A DNA stretch of 64,000 nucleotides, taken from contig OZ076409.1 in assembly GCA_964187785.1 (NCBI GenBank), positions 30,506,001 to 30,570,000 of the forward strand, given 5' to 3'. The notes under the pieces were generated by a model. The model worked only from the letters and a program-made list of their open reading frames with translations. It ran no database searches and was not told where the DNA came from. This document shows positions 1-10,772 of the stretch, piece after piece. Numbering within the stretch: position 1 is the first letter of the stretch; each line of letters starts with the position of its first letter. Origin of the DNA: Amphiscolops sp. MND2022. Taxonomy: Eukaryota. The position numbers and the translations under genes were made by a program.

Positions 1-360
1 AAGGGTAGATACTAGACCCGCAACGGTAAAAGATTGCTTCGTAAGTTCTTTTCTGGAGGTTGATAATTGCATTGGTGAAAGTTCACGCCGGGTCGAACGG
101 GCGTTTTCGATTGGGATTTTATAACTCAAAAGTCGCAAAATAAGCTAAAGCCTATTGAAACGTCTGTTTTAATCGGTCTTTTCAGAGATAAAGCACAACT
201 GTTACAGTGGCTAGTTTTTTCGTCTTTTTTGTGCACATTTCTGTTCATTCTCAGTTTAACTTGGTACAGAGGTTAATCGGTTTAGGGGGACCGAAGTTGT
301 TGCGGGTTCGAGTTCCTGCTTAAGCCAGAAACCTTTTCGTGCATTTGCCAAACCGGGCGA

Positions 361-424
361 GACTTTTTTTGGCTTGGTGAGATTTTCTGTGGCTTGGTGA
401 GATTTTCTTTGGCTTGGTGAGGCT
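361..424. repeat. Short tandem repeat, ~3 x 20 bp (GGCTTGGTGAGATTTTCTkT)
   Basis: GGCTTGGTGA recurs at 371, 391 and 411. Confidence 0.85.
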
Positions 425-974
425 TTCGAAAATTGCGGTACATCCGAATTTCGACGTTACAACCGAGGTATCTTGCGTTTTAGTAAAAAGAAAGTTGATG
501 ATCAAAAATTTGGCTATTTCCGAGTTTTGACGTTTAATCCGAAGTAAATTGCGTTTCGCTAAAGAGGATACCGAGGTTCAAAAAAGCATTCCCATGTCGC
601 CCAGCACGCCATGTCCAAAGGGTTGACGTTATTTCCGAAGTAAATTGCGTTCTACAGAAGAGGAGGTGGAGGTTGCGCTCTTTCAAATGTTTTGCGTTTG
701 ATCCGAGTTTTGTTTTAGAGATCGGTGTTTTTTCGTCACTATGCGATTTTTTACAATTTTTTTATCGAAGCCCTTCGATTTTGAACGATTTTGAATTATT
801 TTGGGGCTCCTGTGCTACTGAAAGCTTTGTCCTATTGCATGTTTGCGTGGAACACGCAAAACAACCTGAATAACCGCTACGCAAAGCCTTAGTTGCTGAT
901 TTATTTTCATTTGTGGAAATAAGAATTGCATTCAAATGTTGCTCTGAGAAAGTTCATAAGTTCGTTTAAGGTTT

Positions 975-1633
975 CCCAGGTTGACCAAGCATACTTACCA
1001 TGCTATGATCATAGTATGATCATACTATTATCATAGTCATTCCATGATTATGATCATGCCAAGACCGTACCATGGCGACCATGTTTCATAGTATGACCAT
1101 ACTATGGTCATCATGTTCCATAGTATGATCCATCATGTTTCATAGTATGAACATAGCATGATCATAGTATGAGAAACGATGAATTCTAGATTGAAAGTCG
1201 AGATGTCGGACATGGTAACCTCCTGTAAACAAAGTTCACAAATTTGTTACCTAGTCCTTTCCATTTTGAAATCCCGAAATTCGCTCTCAATATACCAAAA
1301 AAACCCTACCTATCTCAGCGGCTTCAGGAAACGCGATGCCGGAAAGAGTCCTTTATGCTACCCGGGTCATTAAGGTAACCCTAGATCTTCCAAAACCAAA
1401 GAACAAGCCAAGGAGTCACTTTTTGATGTTTTTCAAATTTCAATTTTTTCCGTTAAGGGGACTTCGAATTTTTGAAAGATTTAAAACATGGTCACTCATA
1501 CTTTGACCATAATCGTTGTCATGCTAGTCATAATATGGCCATACTATGACCATATTATGATGATCATTTTCCACCATGATCATACTATGACATAGTATGA
1601 TTCACCATTTCTGAGTATGGGGTTCAACCTGGG
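975..1633. mobile_element. MITE with CCCAGGTTGA terminal inverted repeats and subterminal CATAGTATGAT/ATCATACTATG repeats (EnSpm/CMC-like)
   Basis: CCCAGGTTGA at 975 and TCAACCTGGG ending at 1633. Short ATCATAGTATG-type repeats cluster inside both ends. Possible 2-bp TT target duplication. Confidence 0.7.
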
Positions 1634-1711
1634 TTAGAGGGGAGAGAAACTACATTGTTCCCTTACAAAAGAATTAACTTATCAGCATATCTTATCTTTC
1701 ATACAGTCTAA

Positions 1712-1873
1712 AATGAAAAGTGTCAACTATTCAAAAAGTCGTTTTTCTATTTGTAAATTTTTGTTGAATTGGTTGTTGGTATATATCCATTATAATGGAT
1801 ATATACCAACAACCAATTCAACAAAAATTTACAAATAGAAAAATGACTTTTTGAATAGTTGACACTTTTCATT
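1712..1873. repeat. Near-perfect 162-bp palindrome (81-bp arms, no spacer)
   Basis: Centre is CCATTA|TAATGG at 1792/1793. Arms pair out to 1712/1873 with one mismatch (G1741/T1844). Confidence 0.95.
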
Positions 1874-2366
1874 GTGCGGTTACAAAATATGTTGTTGCTG
1901 ATGTGATTGAGTGCGGGAAATACTTCTGTGTTCAGCGGGTGTCTTGCTCATTCTAGTTCAGGAGTTCTTAAAATGTTTGAGTTCTTAAAATGTTCAGGAG
2001 TTCTAGTTTGCTATAGGCGTGATTTACTGTGTTCCCGGGAACTCTATTCACTCCACCAATAGAGGCCGTCTTCGAATATAAGCAGCGAAATCATTTGAAA
2101 AAGAAATCACCAAACCATTATAAGCCGCCACTTTTATCCGAAGAAATACGGTACTAAAAGATAGCATTTTACTAAAAGTACTAAAAGTGGCAACGTAGAA
2201 GGCACCAGAATCATGAAACATTCGAACATCGTATCCGTAGCTATGTTTGAATGTTCATTCAGTATGACCTGTAGAACCGGCGCTGTGTAGGCTGTCATTG
2301 ATGAGCTTTTTGACAGCGACTAATTTGAAATTTGTGTGTTCAAAATGGACAGAAACCTTGACTCAC

Positions 2367-3210
2367 CCGTAGTTCTTCGATTTCTCGCAGTTTGACATCG
2401 TCTAGTATGGATGACTGGGAGAGGTAAGACATGTCGCTGGCCACTGACACGGAGTCTGAGTCATGGCTGGATGTGGACAAGTTCTCAGTGGATTCGCCTA
2501 TTCCGATATCTGCCACTCTGTCCATGCTGAGCTACCTGAACCTAATTATATGATCTCTTCTCGCTTCCTTTACCATATTTCAGGGTTGGGTTAGTTTCAA
2601 ATAATTGATTTTCTATATTTGTGAGTGCAACTTAGTTTTTCGAGAGTCGAGTTTTTGAATGTTTCAAGAAGCATCTTTGCTTTTCCAGAAACGAGTTCAG
2701 TTTTTTACCAGACAAAAACTGCAAACATGATTTATTGAGTAGCATCATTTGAAGAATGCTGCTGAATAATATTGAAAGGATTTTTCTTGGGACGACAGTT
2801 CTATATAACATGTTTTGATTGGCAGTTGATATTTGAAAACCTTAAACCGTTTTTACCCAACCCTGATTTCTGCACCTTTTGCTCTTTTTATCCTGCTAAT
2901 TCCTTGAAAGTATAATCAGCGGAAACAAGAACTGGCTTCCGAAAATCAAATCATAACTGCCTTGCGTTCCGTTCGATAACATTCCGTCGTCTTTCCCAGT
3001 TTTGCTGTTATTATTTTCTTCTGAAACATTCAGCCAGCTTATCTGGATACCATGGTAACATTGTTCCGCGTTTCTGTTCTGCAAACGTTGTTGTAAGTCC
3101 GCACACTTCTTACACCGAGTGAAATGAAAGCGAAATGAAGTCTCGCTGTTTAAACCATTGATCAATTTCGCGGACGCCTGAGCTGAGTTGAAACCACGCG
3201 AAGCATTCAC
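2367..3210 (-). pseudogene. Decayed reading frame of unknown product, interrupted by a MITE
   Basis: Removing the MITE 2581-2865 and one ATTT joins ORF 2896-3210 and ORF 2340-2525 in one frame (..RN*QDKKSKRCRNMVKEARRDHIIRFR*LSMDRVADIG..). The frame ends at a CGG|GTGAGT donor-like site at 2366. Confidence 0.35.
2581..2865. mobile_element. 285-bp MITE with CAGGGTTGGGT terminal inverted repeats
   Basis: CAGGGTTGGGT at 2581 and ACCCAACCCTG ending at 2865. ATTT flanks both sides (2577-2580, 2866-2869). Confidence 0.8.
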
Positions 3211-3679
3211 TTCTCATGGTGTTTGCTACATGTATTCAGGCCATTGCTGAAAGCGAACAAACGTTTCTTGGCCAACTTTTAAAACGTTAACGTTATACTT
3301 TATCGGCACTAAGTTTCTGTGTTTATACTTAAGTTAGTCTTGCCAAATTTGTTATTGCGCTGTGCGCTGCCCTTTTCGCTTTCTACAGTAGTTATACCGG
3401 TGCCGAGTCGAATCAACTTTTGTTTCGAGTGTATGACGTGTCTTAACAGACTTGCTTTAATTAGTGAAATAATTGTGGATTCATAAATTCTGTGACTAAA
3501 AATTTTTCCATTTTGGCATGGTCTCTTTCAGTCATCTGCATACCACATTGAACTGTAAAAGTGCTAAGGAGTCGCCTTCGACAATAACGCAACCCATACC
3601 AGATATTTCGTACACCAAATATAACAATTCTTGAAGAACTTTTGGGAGTCGGAAAAAAATTTCCATTGCCTTTTTTTCT

Positions 3680-4375
3680 CCCCATCTTTCAATGAAACTC
3701 AAATTTCTCAAAAGCTGTCCATACGATTTTTCTACAAATTTGCACAGCCATTCTACGCCCAAAGGTGCTCCTGTGTGCGCAATGGCATCAAAATAATATG
3801 ACTGGGATCTGAGAAATAGCCAAAATTAGCCCAAAATCGTCAAAAAAAAAACATTTTTGGACTTTTTTTCGAAATTCTCAAAACTGTCCATACTATTCGA
3901 ACGAAATGTTTTACAGTCATTCCACATTATATTAGGGTCTTATATGACTGGGATCTGAGAAGTAGCCAAAAAGAGTTCAAAAATGGCCAAAAGCTCGATT
4001 TTTGGAAATTTTAGTATTACTCAAAACTGTCCATACGAGTCGAGCGAAATAATTAGTCATTCTGCAACATATTACGGTCCTATATGTGCAATGACGTCAA
4101 AATCGTATGACTGGGATCTGAGAAACGTAGCCAGAAATAGCCAAAAAATGTCCAAAAACAGCTATTCTTTGATATTTTTTGATGTACTCAAACTTTCCAT
4201 ACGATTCGAACAATTGTTTCACAGTTAATCTACACCACATTAGGGTCCTATGTGTGCAATGGCGTCGAAATCGCAAGACTGGAATCTGAGAACAGCAAAA
4301 AAACAAATGATGACAATGAAGTACGTATTTTGTTTTTGATTATTTCAATCCGTTCCCGACATTCGGCTCTGGTTT
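3680..4375 (+). repeat. ~180-bp tandem repeat family (TTTCTCAAAACTGTCCATACGATTCGAACGAAA...GTGCAATGGCATCAAAATCGTATGACTGGGAT...AGCCAAAA)
   Basis: About 4 diverged units here. The same unit recurs at 53480-56860, 60944-61050 and 62695-62850. Confidence 0.8.
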
Positions 4376-4642
4376 TATGGTATTGTCGTTAGAAATAATG
4401 GTTTTGACAGGATAACAGAAGTAGACAGGCAGACAAGTAGACAGGTGTACAAAGCACGACAAAAATCAAAGTACCAAAATTTGGGTAAAGCTAAAAACAG
4501 CGGTGTGATAAAAAATTTATGGACACTCCGATGACAAAACAATTCAGGTACGAAACATTAAATAGGCAAAATTCTAATTGTAAGTATCGAAAGGAAAAAA
4601 ACAAAGTTCAGTCTGATACAAGATTCTAATCACTTAGTCATT

Positions 4643-5075
4643 TCAGCAACAGATTTCTCCAATCTTATCATAACAATAGATATCTTTCACAGCAGTTTTT
4701 TTAATCAATTTCCGCGCATAATATCCTTTCGACGATAAACTTTGGAAACCCTTTGCAGACGCGGAGCAATCCGAAATGAAGAATGTAGAAAATTGCTGAC
4801 AAAAAAGCAAATAGGGTGATGTAGCGTCCCCATCGTCATTACGTAGATTGTTTATACTCGGTAAAATAATTTTACACTTCACTTTGAGAGAAAATATTCT
4901 TAAGGTCTATAATGTCGTTGCGATCGCCAATCAACTCGAACTCTAAGGTTGATCCATTAGGAGCATGAAGGGGGCCCGACACTTTGGTTCGAAGAAAGTA
5001 TCGAAGAAAACTAAGAGGGAATGTTTTCCAAAGAACTCCGAGCTGTTATGATTAGCTACAGACTAATTGTTAGGC
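4643..5075 (-). pseudogene. Polinton major capsid protein-like N-terminal remnant
   Basis: Reads ANHNSSEFFGKHSLLVFFD../VGPLHAPNGSTLEFELIGDRNDIIDLKNIF/VKCKI../SDCSASAKG..KGYYARK. The 'LEF...IDL..i..vkckI' pattern matches Polinton double-jelly-roll capsid N-termini as I recall them. Confidence 0.55.
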
Positions 5076-5249
5076 AAGATAATTGACTTGGGAGGAAATA
5101 TCTGACCGACTTCGATGTAGCTTTCTTTTGCGCTGCCTGTTTTTTTTCGGAACTTCCTTGCTCCACGTAATCCTCCACCCAATGTTTTTTAAAATCGGGT
5201 AATTATCAAACTCATCTCTCTTTATTGTCGAAGTCTTGTATCAATTCAT

Positions 5250-5870
5250 GTTCGTAAAATTGGCCTGCAAATATCGTCTCTGTCAAGGTCGGCTAAAAAT
5301 AAAAAGGAAGAGTGAATGTAGTTACTTTTGGTTTCCCAAAAATCTTGTCCGGAAAGTTTTATTTGTATCCTTTTTCGAAAGGAACGTCTTGTTTGGCGAT
5401 TCGAAGTTGGTATTCGACTCCGAACATCTGTATGCTAACTTGTTTACTGCACGCTTCCTCTCACAATGAAATCAACGTGTTAACGTCTTTTAGTGACTTT
5501 GTTCGGTGCCACATCAATCATCGATTTTTGCAAGAGTTTTTGATTGCATTGGCTTTACCCTCAATTTACGTTATAAAACTCCTACTGCAACCCACAAACT
5601 TTTCGCGCCATTGTTGTATTTTGCCAATTTATCAACATAAGCAACATCAACGGGTCAAATTTCATTGTTGTCATACGCTATAACAATGGACCGGGAAAAT
5701 CTTTGTCGATGCTGTCGGTAGTTTCGGGGTTGTTTTTAATTTGAGGGAACATTTCGACTGTGTCGGAAAAGTCGACATGCTTTGGAGAGATTCGATACAC
5801 TTTCATCGGCTACCGGTCTCTTCCAGTACAGAGCGTCAAGATTGCGCATCTTGGTTGCCGAGACGGTCGC
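5250..5870 (-). pseudogene. Polinton/Maverick retroviral-like integrase remnant
   Basis: NEI*PVDVAYVDKLAKYNNGAKSLWVAVGVL*RKLRVKPMQSK at ~5540-5690 and APNKVTKD..LRIAKQDVPFEKGYK*NFPDKIF at ~5340-5510. The catalytic core between them is largely deleted. Confidence 0.75.
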
Positions 5871-6759
5871 AGCGTCTCTTTGGGCTCACCTTTTCATCGA
5901 AATCTTCTTCAAGCGAGTCATGTCAGTGGTTTTTTTGTCGTTTTGCGTGTTTCTTCTTCTTGTTCCAACATTACCTTTCTTCTTTACATTTGATGTTGTA
6001 ACAATTTTTTGGCATCTAAAATGGGAATAAATTGAGGGAGACGTCACCTTTTGATAGAATTTCCTGGTAGTTTGGATCATGTAAGCACTGTTCTCAAATA
6101 TGATGGATACAAAACTACGGTTTTTTGCTACTGGGGACTTGTCTTCGAAAGAAAACTAGTTTGGTCAAAGTTTAGCCCTTCACTTTCATGAATGTTGACT
6201 TGAAAAAAGAATTTTGCAAATTTGTGGGGTCTTCTTTTAGGATTTTGGCTCTGTAATTCTTTCAGAAAACACTGATATAAAATTGTTCTTCTGAAATGTT
6301 CTGAGTCACGGAAAACCCGGTTTCCGAGACCTATAGTATCCGTTCGTTTTATTTTTGGTACTGTAAATTGATAAAATTTCTCAAAAATGTCCCAAAGCGT
6401 CGTTTTCATCATTGTGAGACTTTTTTCAGACGAAAAAATATTCGACAAAAATACGATTTGGTTGCTTCGATTTGTGGAAAGGTGGAGCTGAATATCTCTT
6501 ATGGTTTTTAATTATTTGATTAAATATGAACAAAAAAGTCCTTTGCATGTTTAGAACATTTGGTTGTTTGATACCCTTTGAGGCGCAGACTTGAGCCGGT
6601 CCCGGCTTGTTCTTTCTAGTTATATAAATAGTGATTTGAACAGAGTAATACCCTACAATAAAGTAAGGAATACATTGCACACCTGACTGCTAAAATATGA
6701 ACTGGAGTGGAATAAAGGAAATTGAAATCGTCTGGGCGACCAAGTTTTTCCAGAAAACA

Positions 6760-8055
6760 GTAAATTGAAAGTTCAAAATATTTTGAAGCCGAGTACACAC
6801 ATTTTTGTTCGAAAATTCTGAGATCAAATTACAAAAATTTAGAAGCTATGCATTTTGCTACTGATTTCGCATCTAAGTTAGACTCAATTTTCAACCGCTT
6901 TGAAAGCAATTTTTCTTCGATTGTTCAACCCTACGATTATTTTTCAATTCAATTATAGTTATCTCAAACGATTTTGAAAAAGCAAAAAGAGTTTAAGAAG
7001 AACATATCAGACAAAAAATGAACGCATATTATCAATATTTCTGCGATAGCAAGCCTAGTATTGAAATCTGAATTATTGAACTTTTCCTCCCTTCAAAATA
7101 GGTTATAATCCACTGTAAGGACTTCGAAATGGTTTTGAAGTACTCTTTGCTTTGTGATAGTCTTCTTCTGCGCGGTTTTCAAATTAATTACTGTTTCATC
7201 TAAGTCGACATTTGGGATGGAAATCGGTTGAATTTGAGTTCTCAGTTCATTTGTTTCTGATGGCCTAAAAGGATTATCCTTCAATCTGCTTTCTTGATTT
7301 TCGGTATCAGATGCGTTTATTTCACCGTCATCGCTGTTTATGTAAATGGGCGTTTCTATTCTCGATGTGGTTTGTCCATTACCTTTTCTTCTAGGAATTG
7401 ATCGTGTTCTTCTGCTGTTATTTACTTCTCTCATGATTCTTTCTAACTTGTCGTTCATCTCTTTCCTTAGTTCTGCCATTTCTTTGTTTGTGTTATGTTA
7501 TTTTTTGTGTCCACACTTGCATTTCATTTTCATTTTGTGTAGGATCAACTAAAGCAGCTTCTCTGCCTCTAACTGAACTAACATTATCAAAGATACTAAG
7601 AGTTTCAATCATAGTCTCATTACCTTGCGATGCTTCTGCTTCTGAAGCGCTCTGAAGGTCTCTCTCAATTGAAGATGACTGTCCTCGTCTGAATTTTCTT
7701 TTTTTGTTACCTATCTCAGCTAGGTTGAAAAAATGTTTGTTGGAGAGAAGAATTTCAATTAGGTCGAAAGATGAAATGAAAAAGAGTTGAAAACAAAGTT
7801 GGGGAAGTTGTACATATCAAATCACTAAGAATAAATTGAGATTGTGATGAGAATAAACTGCGAAATTTTTTTCTCGAAGAGATAAGGAAAATAGGTCTGA
7901 TAGGTTTAGTAGTTTTTTGAGGAATTAAGTTTTATGGGGTTGTCTGACTCTCCCCAATTTATCGGGGTCTAATTCTAGCAACAAAACATTCATTTTTCAG
8001 AAAATCATTCTTACATCATTGTTACGTGGCTTCTGAAAATAGCGCCCTTTATTTT
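6760..8055 (-). repeat. 3' LTR of element A (part alignable to the 5' LTR; its true start may lie further right)
   Basis: Colinear with 20610-21880, including the MAELRKEMN.KLERIMREV ORF (7093-7479 vs 20923-21306). Confidence 0.8.
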
Positions 8056-8574
8056 ACTTGAAATTAAAATAGGTTCTTACATGACATCACTTACTGTAAT
8101 GTTAGCAAAGCGTCAAAAGAATTGGATGTATAGTAAAGTATGACTCATTGTTTTTATATATCGAATAATGCTGAATGCATTAGAGTGAACACGTATGAGT
8201 CATACTGCCAAGAAGTTACGTCAGGAGTAATAAACGAACAGAATTATTCTGCATTATGCTGCAAGCTCAATGCAGCAATCAGACCAAATAGTTGGGTTCA
8301 ATATGCATTATGCTCATGCAAAGGAGAGTAATATTTATTCATTTCACTGGTAAATGAACGGAGTAGCCTTATGTATTTAGTGATTGTTAAGTTTACACCA
8401 ATTGTATGTTTGTTTACGCAGTGCATAGCATCACTGGTAGAATTTGCTCAAAACAAATAGCTAACAAGGTTTAACATTGCTGGTGTTAAAATATTACAAA
8501 AGAACCTACCAGACTTAAGTTTAGAGATACCATGAGTTTTTGCAAAGTTTCTGCCGACGGGTTGAAGTATTTGC

Positions 8575-9701
8575 CTTTAGTGTTGCACTCCGGACCCGAC
8601 GCAAGCTCTAGGCTGCGACAGGCCAACATTCTTAGAGCAAATAGGTGCTGTGGTTCTGTCTCTTACTGTTTTGCCCGGATATTCTGCGGCGACTGTATAG
8701 ACTGCCAGAGCGTCGAGAGCGACTTCGTCGTACGTCCTTCCACATCAGTGGCAGTGGCAGTTCCCATGTACATGGGGCATCACTGGTGGGTCAAGTTGCG
8801 TCCTCCTGAGGACTGGCTGCCCCTGTGAGTTGTCATAATTTTGGGTAGGATAAGCCTTAGTCACGGCAGGGATACTATGTACCCCTTGCGGATCCAGGTA
8901 CAGTTGGCCAGTGGAGTTGTAGTAGTATCCAGCGTTGCTGAAGTTGTCAGGGTGCCACGCGGAGCTGAAAGTGTTACCCCGCGGGCTGAAATTGGATCGC
9001 CTATTAGGAGACTACGTTCGCGTCCTGCAAAAGGATATTCGGGGCAATGTACTGATCTCTTAGAGGTGTTTGTAAGATTCCTCTGCCATGATCATTGGGT
9101 TGTGTCCAGTTAGGTACCAGTATTTGCCTTGGATAATAATAGGGATTTTTGGTACAGGCATAATCAGACCATTCCGATTAGTAAAACTAGTGGCTTTATT
9201 AGAGTTGTTGTCTGATGCTGGTGGTATTTGTCCTTTCATCCCCTCGGGATGGGGGAACGGCTAATATTGGTCTGCCGAAGCTATTTCTTGGCACGTTTGC
9301 AAAATTGGGGTTTAGCAGCAAATCCTTTTCGTTGCTTCCTCTCGATTCAAAACATGATGAGAGTGAGAAGTCGGGCAATTCAGTGTGCTCGGTTATTGCA
9401 CTCAGTATACATATTTCAATGTCAGTTCCAACGACGTCGATGAAAGAGTCTTCTCTAGACGCAGGCTCACTAACTGCAAACAATCTTGCTGCATCCTCGT
9501 TGACGAAGGCCGCCATTGGGTTCGTGATTGGCCCCCGGCACTAAATCTTAGAGCAATTGGGTTAGGATGTGGTTGTTCGACCACAAATGCTTCTCCAGAG
9601 TCGCTGGATATGTTTATCAGCCCGAGGGAGTCTGAAGAAATAGAACGCATGTCTTCGTTGATTGCGAAGAGGAGAAAATTGTTTGGAGATCTGTTATCCA
9701 T
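8575..9701 (-). pseudogene. Element A sense-strand extra ORF (Ser/acidic-rich N-terminus, Cys/His C-terminal part), frameshifted
   Basis: ORFs 9402-9701 and 9199-9516, then remnants including CHCH*CGRTYDEVALDALAVYTVAAEYPG near 8670-8765. Same position as B 49038-49723. Confidence 0.5.
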
Positions 9702-10772
9702 TTAAGTTTGGAAGTATCAACCAATTCGTTTATCTTCGCAGAATGAAGTCCTTTCACTTTCTTTTAGTTGATGGGGATTTTCTCGGGTTTTCAGGGTACC
9801 ACAAACAGTTCTCGATATCATCTTCTTTCTAGTTTACTGCTTCCCCGGTAATTTAAAGGCGGTTGCCCGGCTATGCTCCTGTTTCTTCAATTAAATAGCA
9901 CCAGAACAAAATATATTTCGTTTTTTGATTTCCTTTCATGGTGATAATCACTTCGATCTTCACACATCACAAGGTGTCAATGATGGAAATTAATTGTAAA
10001 CAATTTATAAAAAAAACTTAAACCATGAATTTTGTCAGGAATTAGGCTTATTTTTTAGGTTTTACATCTCCTACTATGAGCATACTGCATGTGTTCTAAC
10101 TAACATTCAACAAAGTGAAAAATGAAAATAATATACGTGACTTGCTATTGAAATACATGACGAGTTTCTAAATCAAATTAATTTGTCTTCCTAAATCATG
10201 GTCGTACTGATTCGTACCCTCATGATGTCTATTTTAGCATAAATATGACAGATTTTTGATGCCTGATTGTCAGTTTACAATGAGCATGAACTATGTAATC
10301 ATATGGTATTGATTTGTTTTAGGTCAATCTAAGTTAATTCTGTACTGCATGATGCGTTTTACTACGGCAAATGACATAAGGCTGCTACTAGAGGGCGGAG
10401 CATCATGTGCGTGTACTTTGTTTCAGCTATGCCGTTCAGGACACCTATCTTTGTGGCAGATTTGATTGGTCCGTATTTATCTCATCCAATCAGCGCACAG
10501 CATTCGCGCAAATATGCCTATTTGGTATGCTTGAGGTTTGTTCAGCCGGAAGCCACACTTCGCTCTGTTTGTTTTGTAACTTTCTAAATACAGTCAATTT
10601 TGTCTTTAAAGTCACCTCGCTCTTCTAACTTCTAGTCACACCTTGGCTGATTTTTGTAAATTTTTAAACGCATTGTCATTCGTATTAAATCATTTCACCA
10701 CCTTTCTTTTCGTAACTCTCTTCTGTAATTCCTTCATTATCTCCTTGTTGGTTCGTCCCTCTTATTCCAACA

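Larger units (their letters stand above)
4643..6450 (-). mobile_element. Degenerate Maverick/Polinton fragment (integrase and major-capsid-like remnants)
   Basis: Minus-strand translation gives Polinton-type integrase motifs, followed downstream by a capsid-like N-terminus. Many stops and deletions. Confidence 0.7.

Noticed and set aside
8056..9200. Exact PPT and start of element A's 3' LTR
   Set aside because: The 5' LTR is truncated, so there is no partner to align against, and no unambiguous PPT-TG junction was found.
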